From contig OZ059894.1 of NCBI GenBank assembly GCA_964057225.1, forward strand, positions 24,242,001 through 24,306,000: a stretch of 64,000 nucleotides of DNA, written 5' to 3'. This stretch comes from Auanema rhodensis (Eukaryota > Animalia > Nematoda). A model generated the notes under the pieces. The model saw nothing but the letters and a program-made list of their open reading frames with translations, was not told the DNA's origin and ran no database searches. This document shows, in pieces, positions 27,601 through 43,800 of the stretch (position 1 is its first letter; each line of letters opens with the position of its first letter). The translations under genes and the position numbers were made by a program.

Positions 27601-30600
27601 CATGTCCATATTAGTCTAAAAACAAATTTTTATTGATATTGGTGCATGGTAACCATGACTTTGAAATTTACGTGAACTTTAATTTATGCTAATTAAATGT
27701 ACACGTGATGTGCACTTGGTATGTAACTCGCTTCACGTGAAAGATAAAGAGATGCGGTTTTCAAAATTAAATTTCCCATGTCCATATTAGTCTAAAAACA
27801 AATTTTTATTGATAGTGGTGCATGGTAACCATGACTTTGAAATTTACGTGAACTTTAATTTATGCTAATTAAATGTACACGTGATGTGCACTTGGTATGT
27901 AACTCGCTTCACGTGAAAGATAAAGAGATGCGGTTTTCAAAATTAGATTCCCCATGTCCATATTAGTCTAAAAACAAATTTTTATTGATATTGGTTCATG
28001 GTAACCATGACTTTGAAATTTACGTGAACTTTAATTTATGCTAATTAAATGTACACGTGATGTGCACTTGGTATGTAACTCGCTTCACGTGAAAGATAAA
28101 GAGATGCGGTTTTCAAAATTAGATTCCCCCTGTCCATATTAGTCTAAAAACAAATTTTTATTGATATTGGTTCATGGTAACCATGACTTTGAAATTTACG
28201 TGAACTTTAATTTATGCTAATTAAATGTACACGTGATGTGCACTTGGTATGTAACTCGCTTCACGTGAAAGATAAAGAGATGCGGTTTTCAAAATTAGAT
28301 TCCTCATGTCCATATTAGTCTAAAAACAAATTTTTATTGATATTGGTTCATGGTAACCATGACTTTGAAATTTACGTGAACTTCAATTTATGCTAATTAA
28401 ATGTACACGTGATGTGCACTTGGTATGTAACTCGCTTCACGTGAAAGATGAAGAGATGCGGTTTTCAAAATTAGATTTCCTATGTCCATATTAGTCTAAA
28501 AACAAATTTTTATTGATATTGGTTCATGGTAACCATGACTTTGAAATTTACGTGAACTTTAATTTATGCTAATTAAATGTACACGTGATGTGCACTTGGT
28601 ATGTAACTCGCTTCACGTGAAAGATAAAGAGATGCGGTTTTCAAAATTAGATTCCCCATGTCCATATTAGTCTAAAAACAAATTTTTATTGATATTGGTT
28701 CATGGTAACCATGACTTTGAAATTTACGTGAACTTTAATTTATGCTAGTTAAATGTACACGTGATGTGCACTTGGTATGTAACTCGCTTCACGTGAAAGA
28801 TAAAGAGATGCGGTTTTCAAAATTAGATTCCCCATGTCCATATTAGTCTAAAAACAAATTTTTATTGATATTGGTTCATGGTAACCATGACTTTGAAATT
28901 TACGTGAACTTCAATTTATGCTAATTAAATGTACACGTGATGTGCACTTGGTATGTAACTCGCTTCACGTGAAAGATGAAGAGATGCGGTTTTCAAAATT
29001 AGATTCCCTATGTCCATATTAGTCTAAAAACAAATTTTTATTGATATTGGTTCATGGTAACCATGACTTTGAAATTTACGTGAACTTTAATTTATGCTAA
29101 TTAAATGTACACGTGATGGGCACTTGGTATGTAACTCGCTTCACGTGAAAGATAAAGAGATGCGGTTTTCAAAATTAGATTCCCCATGTCCATATTAGTC
29201 TAAAAACAAATTTTTATTGATATTGGTGCATGGTAACCATGACTTTGAAATTTACGTGAACTTTAATTTATGCTAATTAAATGTACACGTGATGTGCACT
29301 TGGTATGTAACTCGCTTCACGTGAAAGATAAAGAGATGCGGTTTTCAAAATTAGATTCCCCATGTCCATATTAGTCTAAAAACAAATTTTTATTGATATT
29401 GGTTCATGGTAACCATGACTTTGAAATTTACGTGAACTTTAATTTATGCTAATTAAATGTACACGTGATGTGCACTTGGTATGTAACTCGCTTCACGTGA
29501 AAGATAAAGAGATGCGGTTTTCAAAATTAGATTCCCCATGTCCATATTAGTCTAAAAACAAATTTTTATTGATATTGGTGCATGGTAACCATGACTTTGA
29601 AATTTACGTGAACTTTAATTTATGCTAATTAAATGTACACGTGATGTGCCCTCGGTATGTAACTCGCTTCACGTGAAAGATAAAGAGATGCGGTTTTCAA
29701 AATTAGATTCCCCATGTCCATATTAGTCTAAAAACAAATTTTTATTGATATTGGTGCATGGTAACCATGACTTTGAAATTTACGTGAACTTTAATTTATG
29801 CTAATTAAATGTACACGTGATGTGCACTTGGTATGTAACTCGCTTCACGTGAAAGATAAAGAGATGCGGTTTTCAAAATTAGATTCCCCATGTCCATATT
29901 AGTCTAAAAACAAATTTTTATTGATATTGGTTCATGGTAACCATGACTTTGAAATTTACGTGAACTTCAATTTATGCTAATTAAATGTACACGTGATGTG
30001 CACTTGGTATGTAACTCGCTTCACGTGAAAGATGAAGAGATGCGGTTTTCAAAATTAGATTTCCTATGTCCATATTAGTCTAAAAACAAATTTTTATTGA
30101 TATTGGTTCATGGTAACCATGACTTTGAAATTTACGTGAACTTTAATTTATGCTAATTAAATGTACACGTGATGTGCACTTGGTATGTAACTCGCTTCAC
30201 GTGAAAGATAAAGAGATGCGGTTTTCAAAATTAGATTCCCCATGTCCATATTAGTCTAAAAACAAATTTTTATTGATATTGGTTCATGGTAACCATGACT
30301 TTGAAATTTACGTGAACTTTAATTTATGCTAATTAAATGTACACGTGATGTGCACTTGGTATGTAACTCGCTTCACGTGAAAGATAAAGAGATGCGGGTT
30401 TCAAAATTAGATTCCCCATGTCCATATTAGTCTAAAAACAAATTTTTATTGATATTGGTTCATGGTAACCATGACTTTGAAATTTACGTGAACTTCAATT
30501 TATGCTAATTAAATGTACACGTGATGTGCACTTGGTATGTAACTCGCTTCACGTGAAAGATGAAGAGATGCGGTTTTCAAAATTAGATTCCCTATGTCCA

Positions 30601-30800
30601 TATTAGTCTAAAAACAAATTTTTATTGATATTGGTTCATGGTAACCATGACTTTGAAATTTACGTGAACTTTAATTTATGCTAATTAAATGTACACGTGA
30701 TGTGCACTTGGTATGTAACTCGCTTCACGTGAAAGATAAAGAGATGCGGTTTTCAAAATTAGATTTCCCATGTCCATATTAGTCTAAAAACAAATTTTTA
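19537..30800. repeat. 32-monomer (5632 bp) tandem block duplication
   Basis: Monomers 112-139 (19537-24464) have the same variant string as monomers 144-171 (25169-30096). Examples are p115C (21649/27281), p7G (22177/27809), p60G (23057/28689) and p79G (23409/29041). The second copy has one extra monomer near 30273. Confidence 0.92.
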
Positions 30801-31152
30801 TTGATATTGGTTCATGGTAACCATGACTTTGAAATTTACGTGAACTTCAATTTATGCTAATTAAATGTACACGTGATGTGCACTTGGTATGTAACTCGCT
30901 TCACGTGAAAGATGAAGAGATGCGGTTTTCAAAATTAGATTCCCTATGTCCATATTAGTCTAAAAACAAATTTTTATTGATATTGGTTCATGGTAACCAT
31001 GACTTTGAAATTTACGTGAACTTTAATTTATGCTAATTAAATGTACACGTGATGTGCACTTGGTATGTAACTCGCTTCACGTGAAAGATAAAGAGATGCG
31101 GTTTTCAAAATTAGATTCCCCATGTCCATATTAGTCTAAAAACAAATTTTTA

Positions 31153-33088
31153 TTGATATTGGTTCATGGTAACCATGACTTTGAAATTTACGTGAACTTT
31201 AATTTATGCTAATTAAATGTACACGTGATGTGCACTTGGTATGTAACTCGCTTCACGTGAAAGATAAAGAGATGCGGTTTTCAAAATTAGATTCCCCATG
31301 TCCATATTAGTCTAAAAACAAATTTTTATTGATATTGGTGCATGGTAACCATGACTTTGAAATTTACGTGAACTTTAATTTATGCTAATTAAATGTACAC
31401 GTGATGTGCACTTGGTATGTAACTCGCTTCACGTGAAAGATAAAGAGATGCGGTTTTCAAAATTAGATTCCCCATGTCCATATTAGTCTAAAAACAAATT
31501 TTTATTGATATTGGTTCATGGTAACCATGACTTTGAAATTTACGTGAACTTTAATTTATGCTAATTAAATGTACACGTGATGTGCACTTGGTATGTAACT
31601 CGCTTCACGTGAAAGATAAAGAGATGCGGTTTTCAAAATTAGATTCCCCATGTCCATATTAGTCTAAAAACAAATTTTAATTGATATTGGTTCATGGTAA
31701 CCATGACTTTGAAATTTACGTGAACTTCAATTTATGCTAATTAAATGTACACGTGATGTGCACTTGGTATGTAACTCGCTTCACGTGAAAGATGAAGAGA
31801 TGCGGTTTTCAAAATTAGATTCCCTATGTCCATATTAGTCTAAAAACAAATTTTTATTGATATTGGTTCATGGTAACCATGACTTTGAAATTTACGTGAA
31901 CTTTAATTTATGCTAATTAAATGTACACGTGATGTGCACTTGGTATGTAACTCGCTTCACGTGAAAGATAAAGAGATGCGGTTTTCAAAATTAGATTCCC
32001 CATGTCCATATTAGTCTAAAAACAAATTTTTATTGATATTGGTTCATGGTAACCATGACTTTGAAATTTACGTGAACTTCAATTTATGCTAATTAAATGT
32101 ACACGTGATGTGCACTTGGTATGTAACTCGCTTCACGTGAAAGATAAAGAGATGCGGTTTTCAAAATTAGATTCCCCATGTCCATATTAGTCTAAAAACA
32201 AATTTTTATTGATATTGGTTCATGGTAACCATGACTTTGAAATTTACGTGAACTTTAATTTATGCTAATTAAATGTACACGTGATGTGCACTTGGTATGT
32301 AACTCGCTTCACGTGAAAGATAAAGAGATGCGGTTTTCAAAATTAGATTCCCCATGTCCATATTAGTCTAAAAACAAATTTTTATTGATATTGGTGCATG
32401 GTAACCATGACTTTGAAATTTACGTGAACTTTAATTTATGCTAATTAAATGTACACGTGATGTGCACTTGGTATGTAACTCGCTTCACGTGAAAGATAAA
32501 GAGATGCGGTTTTCAAAATTAGATTCCCCATGTCCATATTAGTCTAAAAACAAATTTTTATTGATATTGGTTCATGGTAACCATGACTTTGAAATTTACG
32601 TGAACTTTAATTTATGCTAATTAAATGTACACGTGATGTGCACTTGGTATGTAACTCGCTTCACGTGAAAGATAAAGAGATGCGGTTTTCAAAATTAGAT
32701 TCCCCATGTCCATATTAGTCTAAAAACAAATTTTAATTGATATTGGTTCATGGTAACCATGACTTTGAAATTTACGTGAACTTCAATTTATGCTAATTAA
32801 ATGTACACGTGATGTGCACTTGGTATGTAACTCGCTTCACGTGAAAGATGAAGAGATGCGGTTTTCAAAATTAGATTCCCTATGTCCATATTAGTCTAAA
32901 AACAAATTTTTATTGATATTGGTTCATGGTAACCATGACTTTGAAATTTACGTGAACTTTAATTTATGCTAATTAAATGTACACGTGATGTGCACTTGGT
33001 ATGTAACTCGCTTCACGTGAAAGATAAAGAGATGCGGTTTTCAAAATTAGATTCCCCATGTCCATATTAGTCTAAAAACAAATTTTTA
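31153..33088. repeat. 6-monomer (1056 bp) periodic block
   Basis: The p175A marker (TTTTAA) is in monomers starting 31505 and 32561. Each is preceded by T,G monomers and followed by the p48C/p114G/p145T monomer. Confidence 0.75.
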
Positions 33089-34848
33089 TTGATATTGGTT
33101 CATGGTAACCATGACTTTGAAATTTACGTGAACTTTGATTTATGCTAATTAAATGTACACGTGATGTGCACTTGGTATGTAACTCGCTTCACGTGAAAGA
33201 TAAAGAGATGCGGTTTTCAAAATTAGATTCCCCATGTCCATATTAGTCTAAAAACAAATTTTTATTGATATTGGTGCATGGTAACCATGACTTTGAAATT
33301 TACGTGAACTTTAATTTATGCTAATTAAATGTACACGTGATGTGCCCTCGGTATGTAACTCGCTTCACGTGAAAGATAAAGAGATGCGGTTTTCAAAATT
33401 AGATTCCCCATGTCCATATTAGTCTAAAAACAAATTTTTATTGATATTGGTGCATGGTAACCATGACTTTGAAATTTACGTGAACTTTAATTTATGCTAA
33501 TTAAATGTACACGTGATGTGCACTTGGTATGTAACTCGCTTCACGTGAAAGATAAAGAAATGCGGTTTTCAAAATTAGATTCCCCATGTCCATATTAGTC
33601 TAAAAACAAATTTTTATTGATATTGGTGCATGGTAACCATGACTTTGAAATTTACGTGAACTTTAATTTATGCTAATTAAATGTACACGTGATGTGCACT
33701 CGGTATGTAACTCGCTTCACGTAAAAGATAAAGAGATGCGGTTTTCAAAATTAAATTTCCCATGTCCATATTAGTCTAAAAACAAATTTTTATTGATATT
33801 GGTGCATGGTAACCATGACTTTGAAATTTACGTGAACTTTAATTTATGCTAATTAAATGTACACGTGATGTGCACTTGGTATGTAACTCGCTTCACGTGA
33901 AAGATAAAGAGATGCGGTTTTCAAAATTAGATTCCCCATGTCCATATTAGTCTAAAAACAAATTTTTATTGATATTGGTTCATGGTAACCATGACTTTGA
34001 AATTTACGTGAACTTTAATTTATGCTAATTAAATGTACACGTGATGTGCACTTGGTATGTAACTCGCTTCACGTGAAAGATAAAGAGATGCGGTTTTCAA
34101 AATTAGATTCCCCATGTCCATATTAGTCTAAAAACAAATTTTTATTGATATTGGTTCATGGTAACCATGACTTTGAAATTTACGTGAACTTCAATTTATG
34201 CTAATTACATGTACACGTGATGTGCACTTGGTATGTAACTCGCTTCACGTGAAAGATGAAGAGATGCGGTTTTCAAAATTAGATTTCCTATGTCCATATT
34301 AGTCTAAAAACAAATTTTTATTGATATTGGTTCATGGTAACCATGACTTTGAAATTTACGTGAACTTTAATTTATGCTAATTAAATGTACACGTGATGTG
34401 CACTTGGTATGTAACTCGCTTCACGTGAAAGATAAAGAGATGCGGTTTTCAAAATTAGATTCCCCATGTCCATATTAGTCTAAAAACAAATTTTTATTGA
34501 TATTGGTTCATGGTAACCATGACTTTGAAATTTACGTGAACTTTAATTTATGCTAATTAAATGTACACGTGATGTGCACTTGGTATGTAACTCGCTTCAC
34601 GTGAAAGATAAAGAGATGCGGTTTTCAAAATTAGATTCCCCATGTCCATATTAGTCTAAAAACAAATTTTAATTGATATTGGTTCATGGTAACCATGACT
34701 TTGAAATTTACGTGAACTTCAATTTATGCTAATTAAATGTACACGTGATGTGCACTTGGTATGTAACTCGCTTCACGTGAAAGATGAAGAGATGCGGTTT
34801 TCAAAATTAGATTCCCTATGTCCATATTAGTCTAAAAACAAATTTTTA

Positions 34849-37800
34849 TTGATATTGGTTCATGGTAACCATGACTTTGAAATTTACGTGAACTTTAATT
34901 TATGCTAATTAAATGTACACGTGATGTGCACTTGGTATGTAACTCGCTTCACGTGAAAGATAAAGAGATGCGGTTTTCAAAATTAGATTCCCCATGTCCA
35001 TATTAGTCTAAAAACAAATTTTTATTGATATTGGTTCATGGTAACCATGACTTTGAAATTTACGTGAACTTCAATTTATGCTAATTAAATGTACACGTGA
35101 TGTGCACTTGGTATGTAACTGGCTTCACGTGAAAGATGAAGAGATGCGGTTTTCAAAATTAGATTCCCTATGTCCATATTAGTCTAAAAACAAATTTTTA
35201 TTGATATTGGTTCATGGTAACCATGACTTTGAAATTTACGTGAACTTTAATTTATGCTAATTAAATGTACACGTGATGTGCACTTGGTATGTAACTCGCT
35301 TCACGTGAAAGATAAATAGATGCGGTTTTCAAAATTAGATTCCCCATGTCCATATTAGTCTAAAAACAAATTTTTATTGATATTGGTTCATGGTAACCAT
35401 GACTTTGAAATTTACGTGAACTTTAATTTATGCTAATTAAATGTACACGTGATGTGCACTTGGTATGTAACTCGCTTCACGTGAAAGATAAAGAGATGCG
35501 GTTTTCAAAATTAGATTCCCCATGTCCATATTAGTCTAAAAACAAATTTTTATTGATATTGGTGCATGGTAACCATGACTTTGAAATTTACGTGAACTTT
35601 AATTTATGCTAATTAAATGTACACGTGATGTGCACTTGGTATGTAACTCGCTTCACGTGAAAGATAAAGAGATGCGGTTTTCAAAATTAGATTCCCCATG
35701 TCCATATTAGTCTAAAAACAAATTTTTATTGATATTGGTTCATGGTAACCATGACTTTGAAATTTACGTGAACTTTAATTTATGCTAATTAAATGTACAC
35801 GTGATGTGCACTTGGTATGTAACTCGCTTCACGTGAAAGATAAAGAGATGCGGTTTTCAAAATTAGATTCCCCATGTCCATATTAGTCTAAAAACAAATT
35901 TTTATTGATATTGGTGCATGGTAACCATGACTTTGAAATTTACGTGAACTTTAATTTATGCTAATTAAATGTACACGTGATGTGCCCTCGGTATGTAACT
36001 CGCTTCACGTGAAAGATAAAGAGATGCGGTTTTCAAAATTAGATTCCCCATGTCCATATTAGTCTAAAAACAAATTTTTATTGATATTGGTGCATGGTAA
36101 CCATGACTTTGAAATTTACGTGAACTTTAATTTATGCTAATTAAATGTACACGTGATGTGCACTTGGTATGTAACTCGCTTCACGTGAAAGATAAAGAAA
36201 TGCGGTTTTCAAAATTAGATTCCCCATGTCCATATTAGTCTAAAAACAAATTTTTATTGATATTGGTGCATGGTAACCATGACTTTGAAATTTACGTGAA
36301 CTTTAATTTATGCTAATTAAATGTACACGTGATGTGCACTCGGTATGTAACTCGCTTCACGTAAAAGATAAAGAGATGCGGTTTTCAAAATTAAATTTCC
36401 CATGTCCATATTAGTCTAAAAACAAATTTTTATTGATATTGGTTCATGGTAACCATGACTTTGAAATTTACGTGAACTTTAATTTATGCTAATTAAATGT
36501 ACACGTGATGTGCACTTGGTATGTAACTCGCTTCACGTGAAAGATAAAGAGGTGCGGTTTTCAAAATTAGATTCCCCCTGTCCATATTAGTCTAAAAACA
36601 AATTTTTATTGATATTGGTTCATGGTAACCATGACTTTGAAATTTACGTGAACTTTAATTTATGCTAATTAAATGTACACGTGATGTGCCCTTGGTATGT
36701 AACTCGCTTCACGTGAAAGATAAAGAGATGCGGTTTTCAAAATTAGATTCCCCATGTCCATATTAGTCTAAAAACAAATTTTTATTGATATTGGTGCATG
36801 GTAACCATGACTTTGAAATTTACGTGAACTTTAATTTATGCTAATTAAATGTACACGTGATGTGCACTTGGTATGTAACTCGCTTCACGTGAAAGATAAA
36901 GAGATGCGGTTTTCAAAATTAGATTCCCCATGTCCATATTAGTCTAAAAACAAATTTTTATTGATATTGGTTCATGGTAACCATGACTTTGAAATTTACG
37001 TGAACTTCAATTTATGCTAATTAAATGTACACGTGATGTGCACTTGGTATGTAACTCGCTTCACGTGAAAGATGAAGAGATGCGGTTTTCAAAATTAGAT
37101 TCCCTATGTCCATATTAGTCTAAAAACAAATTTTTATTGATATTGGTTCATGGTAACCATGACTTTGAAATTTACGTGAACTTTAATTTATGCTAATTAA
37201 ATGTACACGTGATGTGCACTTGGTATGTAACTCGCTTCACGTGAAAGATAAAGAGATGCGGTTTTCAAAATTAGATTCCCCATGTCCATATTAGTCTAAA
37301 AACAAATTTTTATTGATATTGGTTCATGGTAACCATGACTTTGAAATTTACGTGAACTTCAATTTATGCTAATTAAATGTACACGTGATGTGCACTTGGT
37401 ATGTAACTCGCTTCACGTGAAAGATAAAGAGATGCGGTTTTCAAAATTAGATTCCCCATGTCCATATTAGTCTAAAAACAAATTTTTATTGATATTGGTT
37501 CATGGTAACCATGACTTTGAAATTTACGTGAACTTTAATTTATGCTAATTAAATGTACACGTGATGTGCACTTGGTATGTAACTCGCTTCACGTGAAAGA
37601 TAAAGAGATGCGGTTTTCAAAATTAGATTCCCCATGTCCATATTAGTCTAAAAACAAATTTTTATTGATATTGGTGCATGGTAACCATGACTTTGAAATT
37701 TACGTGAACTTTAATTTATGCTAATTAAATGTACACGTGATGTGCACTTGGTATGTAACTCGCTTCACGTGAAAGATAAAGAGATGCGGTTTTCAAAATT

Positions 37801-40800
37801 AGATTCCCCATGTCCATATTAGTCTAAAAACAAATTTTTATTGATATTGGTTCATGGTAACCATGACTTTGAAATTTACGTGAACTTCAATTTATGCTAA
37901 TTAAATGTACACGTGATGTGCACTTGGTATGTAACTCGCTTCACGTGAAAGATGAAGAGATGCGGTTTTCAAAATTAGATTCCCTATGTCCATATTAGTC
38001 TAAAAACAAATTTTTATTGATATTGGTTCATGGTAACCATGACTTTGAAATTTACGTGAACTTTAATTTATGCTAATTAAATGTACACGTGATGTGCACT
38101 TGGTATGTAACTCGCTTCACGTGAAAGATAAAGAGATGCGGTTTTCAAAATTAGATTGCCCATGTCCATATTAGTCTAAAAACAAATTTTTATTGATATT
38201 GGTGCATGGTAACCATGACTTTGAAATTTACGTGAACTTTAATTTATGCTAATTAAATGTACACGTGATGTGCCCTTGGTATGTAACTCGCTTCACGTGA
38301 AAGATAAAGAGATGCGGTTTTCAAAATTAGATTCCCCATGTCCATATTAGTCTAAAAACAAATTTTTATTGATATTGGTGCATGGTAACCATGACTTTGA
38401 AATTTACGTGAACTTTAATTTATGCTAATTAAATGTACACGTGATGTGCACTTGGTATGTAACTCGCTTCACGTGAAAGATAAAGAGATGCGGTTTTCAA
38501 AATTAGATTCCCCATGTCCATATTAGTCTAAAAACAAATTTTTATTGATATTGGTGCATGGTAACCATGACTTTGAAATTTACGTGAACTTTAATTTATG
38601 CTAATTAAATGTACACGTGATGTGCACTTGGTATGTAACTCGCTTCACGTGAAAGATAAAGAGATGCGGTTTTCAAAATTAAATTTCCCATGTCCATATT
38701 AGTCTAAAAACAAATTTTTATTGATATTGGTGCATGGTAACCATGACTTTGAAATTTACGTGAACTTTAATTTATGTTAATTAAATGTACACGTGATGTG
38801 CACTTGGTATGTAACTCGCTTCACGTGAAAGATAAAGAGATGCGTTTTTCAAAATTAGATTCCCCATGTCCATATTAGTCTAAAAACAAATTTTTATTGA
38901 TATTGGTTCATGGTAACCATGACTTTGAAATTTACGTGAACTTCAATTTATGCTAATTAAATGTACACGTGATGTGCACTTGGTATGTAACTCGCTTCAC
39001 GTGAAAGATAAAGAGATGCGGTTTTCAAAATTAGATTCCCCATGTCCATATTAGTCTAAAAACAAATTTTTATTGATATTGATTCATGGTAACCATGACT
39101 TTGAAATTTACGTGAACTTCAATTTATGCTAATTAAATGTACACGTGATGTGCACTTGGTATGTAACTCGCTTCACGTGAAAGATAAAGAGATGCGGTTT
39201 TCAAAATTAGATTCCCTATGTCCATATTAGTCTAAAAACAAATTTTTATTGATATTGGTTCATGGTAACCATGACTTTGAAATTTACGTGAACTTTAATT
39301 TATGCTAATTAAATGTACACGTGATGTGCACTTGGTATGTAACTCGCTTCACGTGAAAGATAAAGAGATGCGGTTTTCAAAATTAGATTCCCCATGTCCA
39401 TATTAGTCTAAAAACAAATTTTTATTGATATTGGTGCGTGGTAACCATGACTTTGAAATTTACGTGAACTTTAATTTATGCTAATTAAATGTACACGTGA
39501 TGTGCACTTGGTATGTAACTCGCTTCACGTGAAAGATAAAGAGATGCGGTTTTCAAAATTAAATTTCCCATGTCCATATTAGTCTAAAAACAAATTTTTA
39601 TTGATATTGGTGCATGGTAACCATGACTTTGAAATTTACGTGAACTTTAATTTATGTTAATTAAATGTACACGTGATGTGCACTTGGTATGTAACTCGCT
39701 TCACGTGAAAGATAAAGAGATGCGGTTTTCAAAATTAGATTCCCCATGTCCATATTAGTCTAAAAACAAATTTTTATTGATATTGGTTCATGGTAACCAT
39801 GACTTTGAAATTTACGTGAACTTTAATTTATGCTAATTAAATGTACACGTGATGTGCACTTGGTATGTAACTCGCTTCACGTGAAAGATAAAGAGATGCG
39901 GTTTTCAAAATTAGATTCCCCATGTCCATATTAGTCTAAAAACAAATTTTTATTGATATTGGTTCATGGTAACCATGACTTTGAAATTTACGTGAACTTC
40001 AATTTATGCTAATTAAATGTACACGTGATGTGCACTTGGTATGTAACTGGCTTCACGTGAAAGATGAAGAGATGCGGTTTTCAAAATTAGATTCCCTATG
40101 TCCATATTAGTCTAAAAACAAATTTTTATTGATATTGGTTCATGGTAACCATGACTTTGAAATTTACGTGAACTTTAATTTATGCTAATTAAATGTACAC
40201 GTGATGTGCACTTGGTATGTAACTCGCTTCACGTGAAAGATAAATAGATGCGGTTTTCAAAATTAGATTCCCCATGTCCATATTAGTCTAAAAACAAATT
40301 TTTATTGATATTGGTTCATGGTAACCATGACTTTGAAATTTACGTGAACTTTAATTTATGCTAATTAAATGTACACGTGATGTGCACTTGGTATGTAACT
40401 CGCTTCACGTGAAAGATAAAGAGATGCGGTTTTCAAAATTAGATTCCCCATGTCCATATTAGTCTAAAAACAAATTTTTATTGATATTGGTGCATGGTAA
40501 CCATGACTTTGAAATTTACGTGAACTTTAATTTATGCTAATTAAATGTACACGTGATGTGCACTTGGTATGTAACTCGCTTCACGTGAAAGATAAAGAGA
40601 TGCGGTTTTCAAAATTAGATTCCCCATGTCCATATTAGTCTAAAAACAAATTTTTATTGATATTGGTTCATGGTAACCATGACTTTGAAATTTACGTGAA
40701 CTTTAATTTATGCTAATTAAATGTACACGTGATGTGCACTTGGTATGTAACTCGCTTCACGTGAAAGATAAAGAGATGCGGTTTTCAAAATTAGATTCCC

Positions 40801-43800
40801 CATGTCCATATTAGTCTAAAAACAAATTTTTATTGATATTGGTGCATGGTAACCATGACTTTGAAATTTACGTGAACTTTAATTTATGCTAATTAAATGT
40901 ACACGTGATGTGCCCTCGGTATGTAACTCGCTTCACGTGAAAGATAAAGAGATGCGGTTTTCAAAATTAGATTCCCCATGTCCATATTAGTCTAAAAACA
41001 AATTTTTATTGATATTGGTGCATGGTAACCATGACTTTGAAATTTACGTGAACTTTAATTTATGCTAATTAAATGTACACGTGATGTGCACTTGGTATGT
41101 AACTCGCTTCACGTGAAAGATAAAGAAATGCGGTTTTCAAAATTAGATTCCCCATGTCCATATTAGTCTAAAAACAAATTTTTATTGATATTGGTGCATG
41201 GTAACCATGACTTTGAAATTTACGTGAACTTTAATTTATGCTAATTAAATGTACACGTGATGTGCACTCGGTATGTAACTCGCTTCACGTAAAAGATAAA
41301 GAGATGCGGTTTTCAAAATTAAATTTCCCATGTCCATATTAGTCTAAAAACAAATTTTTATTGATATTGGTTCATGGTAACCATGACTTTGAAATTTACG
41401 TGAACTTTAATTTATGCTAATTAAATGTACACGTGATGTGCACTTGGTATGTAACTCGCTTCACGTGAAAGATAAAGAGATGCGGTTTTCAAAATTAGAT
41501 TCCCCCTGTCCATATTAGTCTAAAAACAAATTTTTATTGATATTGGTTCATGGTAACCATGACTTTGAAATTTACGTGAACTTTAATTTATGCTAATTAA
41601 ATGTACACGTGATGTGCCCTTGGTATGTAACTCGCTTCACGTGAAAGATAAAGAGATGCGGTTTTCAAAATTAGATTCCCCATGTCCATATTAGTCTAAA
41701 AACAAATTTTTATTGATATTGGTGCATGGTAACCATGACTTTGAAATTTACGTGAACTTTAATTTATGCTAATTAAATGTACACGTGATGTGCACTTGGT
41801 ATGTAACTCGCTTCACGTGAAAGATAAAGAGATGCGGTTTTCAAAATTAGATTCCCCATGTCCATATTAGTCTAAAAACAAATTTTTATTGATATTGGTT
41901 CATGGTAACCATGACTTTGAAATTTACGTGAACTTCAATTTATGCTAATTAAATGTACACGTGATGTGCACTTGGTATGTAACTCGCTTCACGTGAAAGA
42001 TGAAGAGATGCGGTTTTCAAAATTAGATTCCCTATGTCCATATTAGTCTAAAAACAAATTTTTATTGATATTGGTTCATGGTAACCATGACTTTGAAATT
42101 TACGTGAACTTTAATTTATGCTAATTAAATGTACACGTGATGTGCACTTGGTATGTAACTCGCTTCACGTGAAAGATAAAGAGATGCGGTTTTCAAAATT
42201 AGATTCCCCATGTCCATATTAGTCTAAAAACAAATTTTTATTGATATTGGTTCATGGTAACCATGACTTTGAAATTTACGTGAACTTCAATTTATGCTAA
42301 TTAAATGTACACGTGATGTGCACTTGGTATGTAACTCGCTTCACGTGAAAGATAAAGAGATGCGGTTTTCAAAATTAGATTCCCCATGTCCATATTAGTC
42401 TAAAAACAAATTTTTATTGATATTGGTTCATGGTAACCATGACTTTGAAATTTACGTGAACTTTAATTTATGCTAATTAAATGTACACGTGATGTGCACT
42501 TGGTATGTAACTCGCTTCACGTGAAAGATAAAGAGATGCGGTTTTCAAAATTAGATTCCCCATGTCCATATTAGTCTAAAAACAAATTTTTATTGATATT
42601 GGTGCATGGTAACCATGACTTTGAAATTTACGTGAACTTTAATTTATGCTAATTAAATGTACACGTGATGTGCACTTGGTATGTAACTCGCTTCACGTGA
42701 AAGATAAAGAGATGCGGTTTTCAAAATTAGATTCCCCATGTCCATATTAGTCTAAAAACAAATTTTTATTGATATTGGTTCATGGTAACCATGACTTTGA
42801 AATTTACGTGAACTTCAATTTATGCTAATTAAATGTACACGTGATGTGCACTTGGTATGTAACTCGCTTCACGTGAAAGATGAAGAGATGCGGTTTTCAA
42901 AATTAGATTTCCTATGTCCATATTAGTCTAAAAACAAATTTTTATTGATATTGGTTCATGGTAACCATGACTTTGAAATTTACGTGAACTTTAATTTATG
43001 CTAATTAAATGTACACGTGATGTGCACTTGGTATGTAACTCGCTTCACGTGAAAGATAAAGAGATGCGGTTTTCAAAATTAGATTGCCCATGTCCATATT
43101 AGTCTAAAAACAAATTTTTATTGATATTGGTGCATGGTAACCATGACTTTGAAATTTACGTGAACTTTAATTTATGCTAATTAAATGTACACGTGATGTG
43201 CCCTTGGTATGTAACTCGCTTCACGTGAAAGATAAAGAGATGCGGTTTTCAAAATTAGATTCCCCATGTCCATATTAGTCTAAAAACAAATTTTTATTGA
43301 TATTGGTGCATGGTAACCATGACTTTGAAATTTACGTGAACTTTAATTTATGCTAATTAAATGTACACGTGATGTGCACTTGGTATGTAACTCGCTTCAC
43401 GTGAAAGATAAAGAGATGCGGTTTTCAAAATTAGATTCCCCATGTCCATATTAGTCTAAAAACAAATTTTTATTGATATTGGTGCATGGTAACCATGACT
43501 TTGAAATTTACGTGAACTTTAATTTATGCTAATTAAATGTACACGTGATGTGCACTTGGTATGTAACTCGCTTCACGTGAAAGATAAAGAGATGCGGTTT
43601 TCAAAATTGAATTTCCCATGTCCATATTAGTCTAAAAACAAATTTTTATTGATATTGGTGCATGGTAACCATGACTTTGAAATTTACGTGAACTTTAATT
43701 TATGTTAATTAAATGTACACGTGATGTGCACTTGGTATGTAACTCGCTTCACGTGAAAGATAAAGAGATGCGTTTTTCAAAATTAGATTCCCCATGTCCA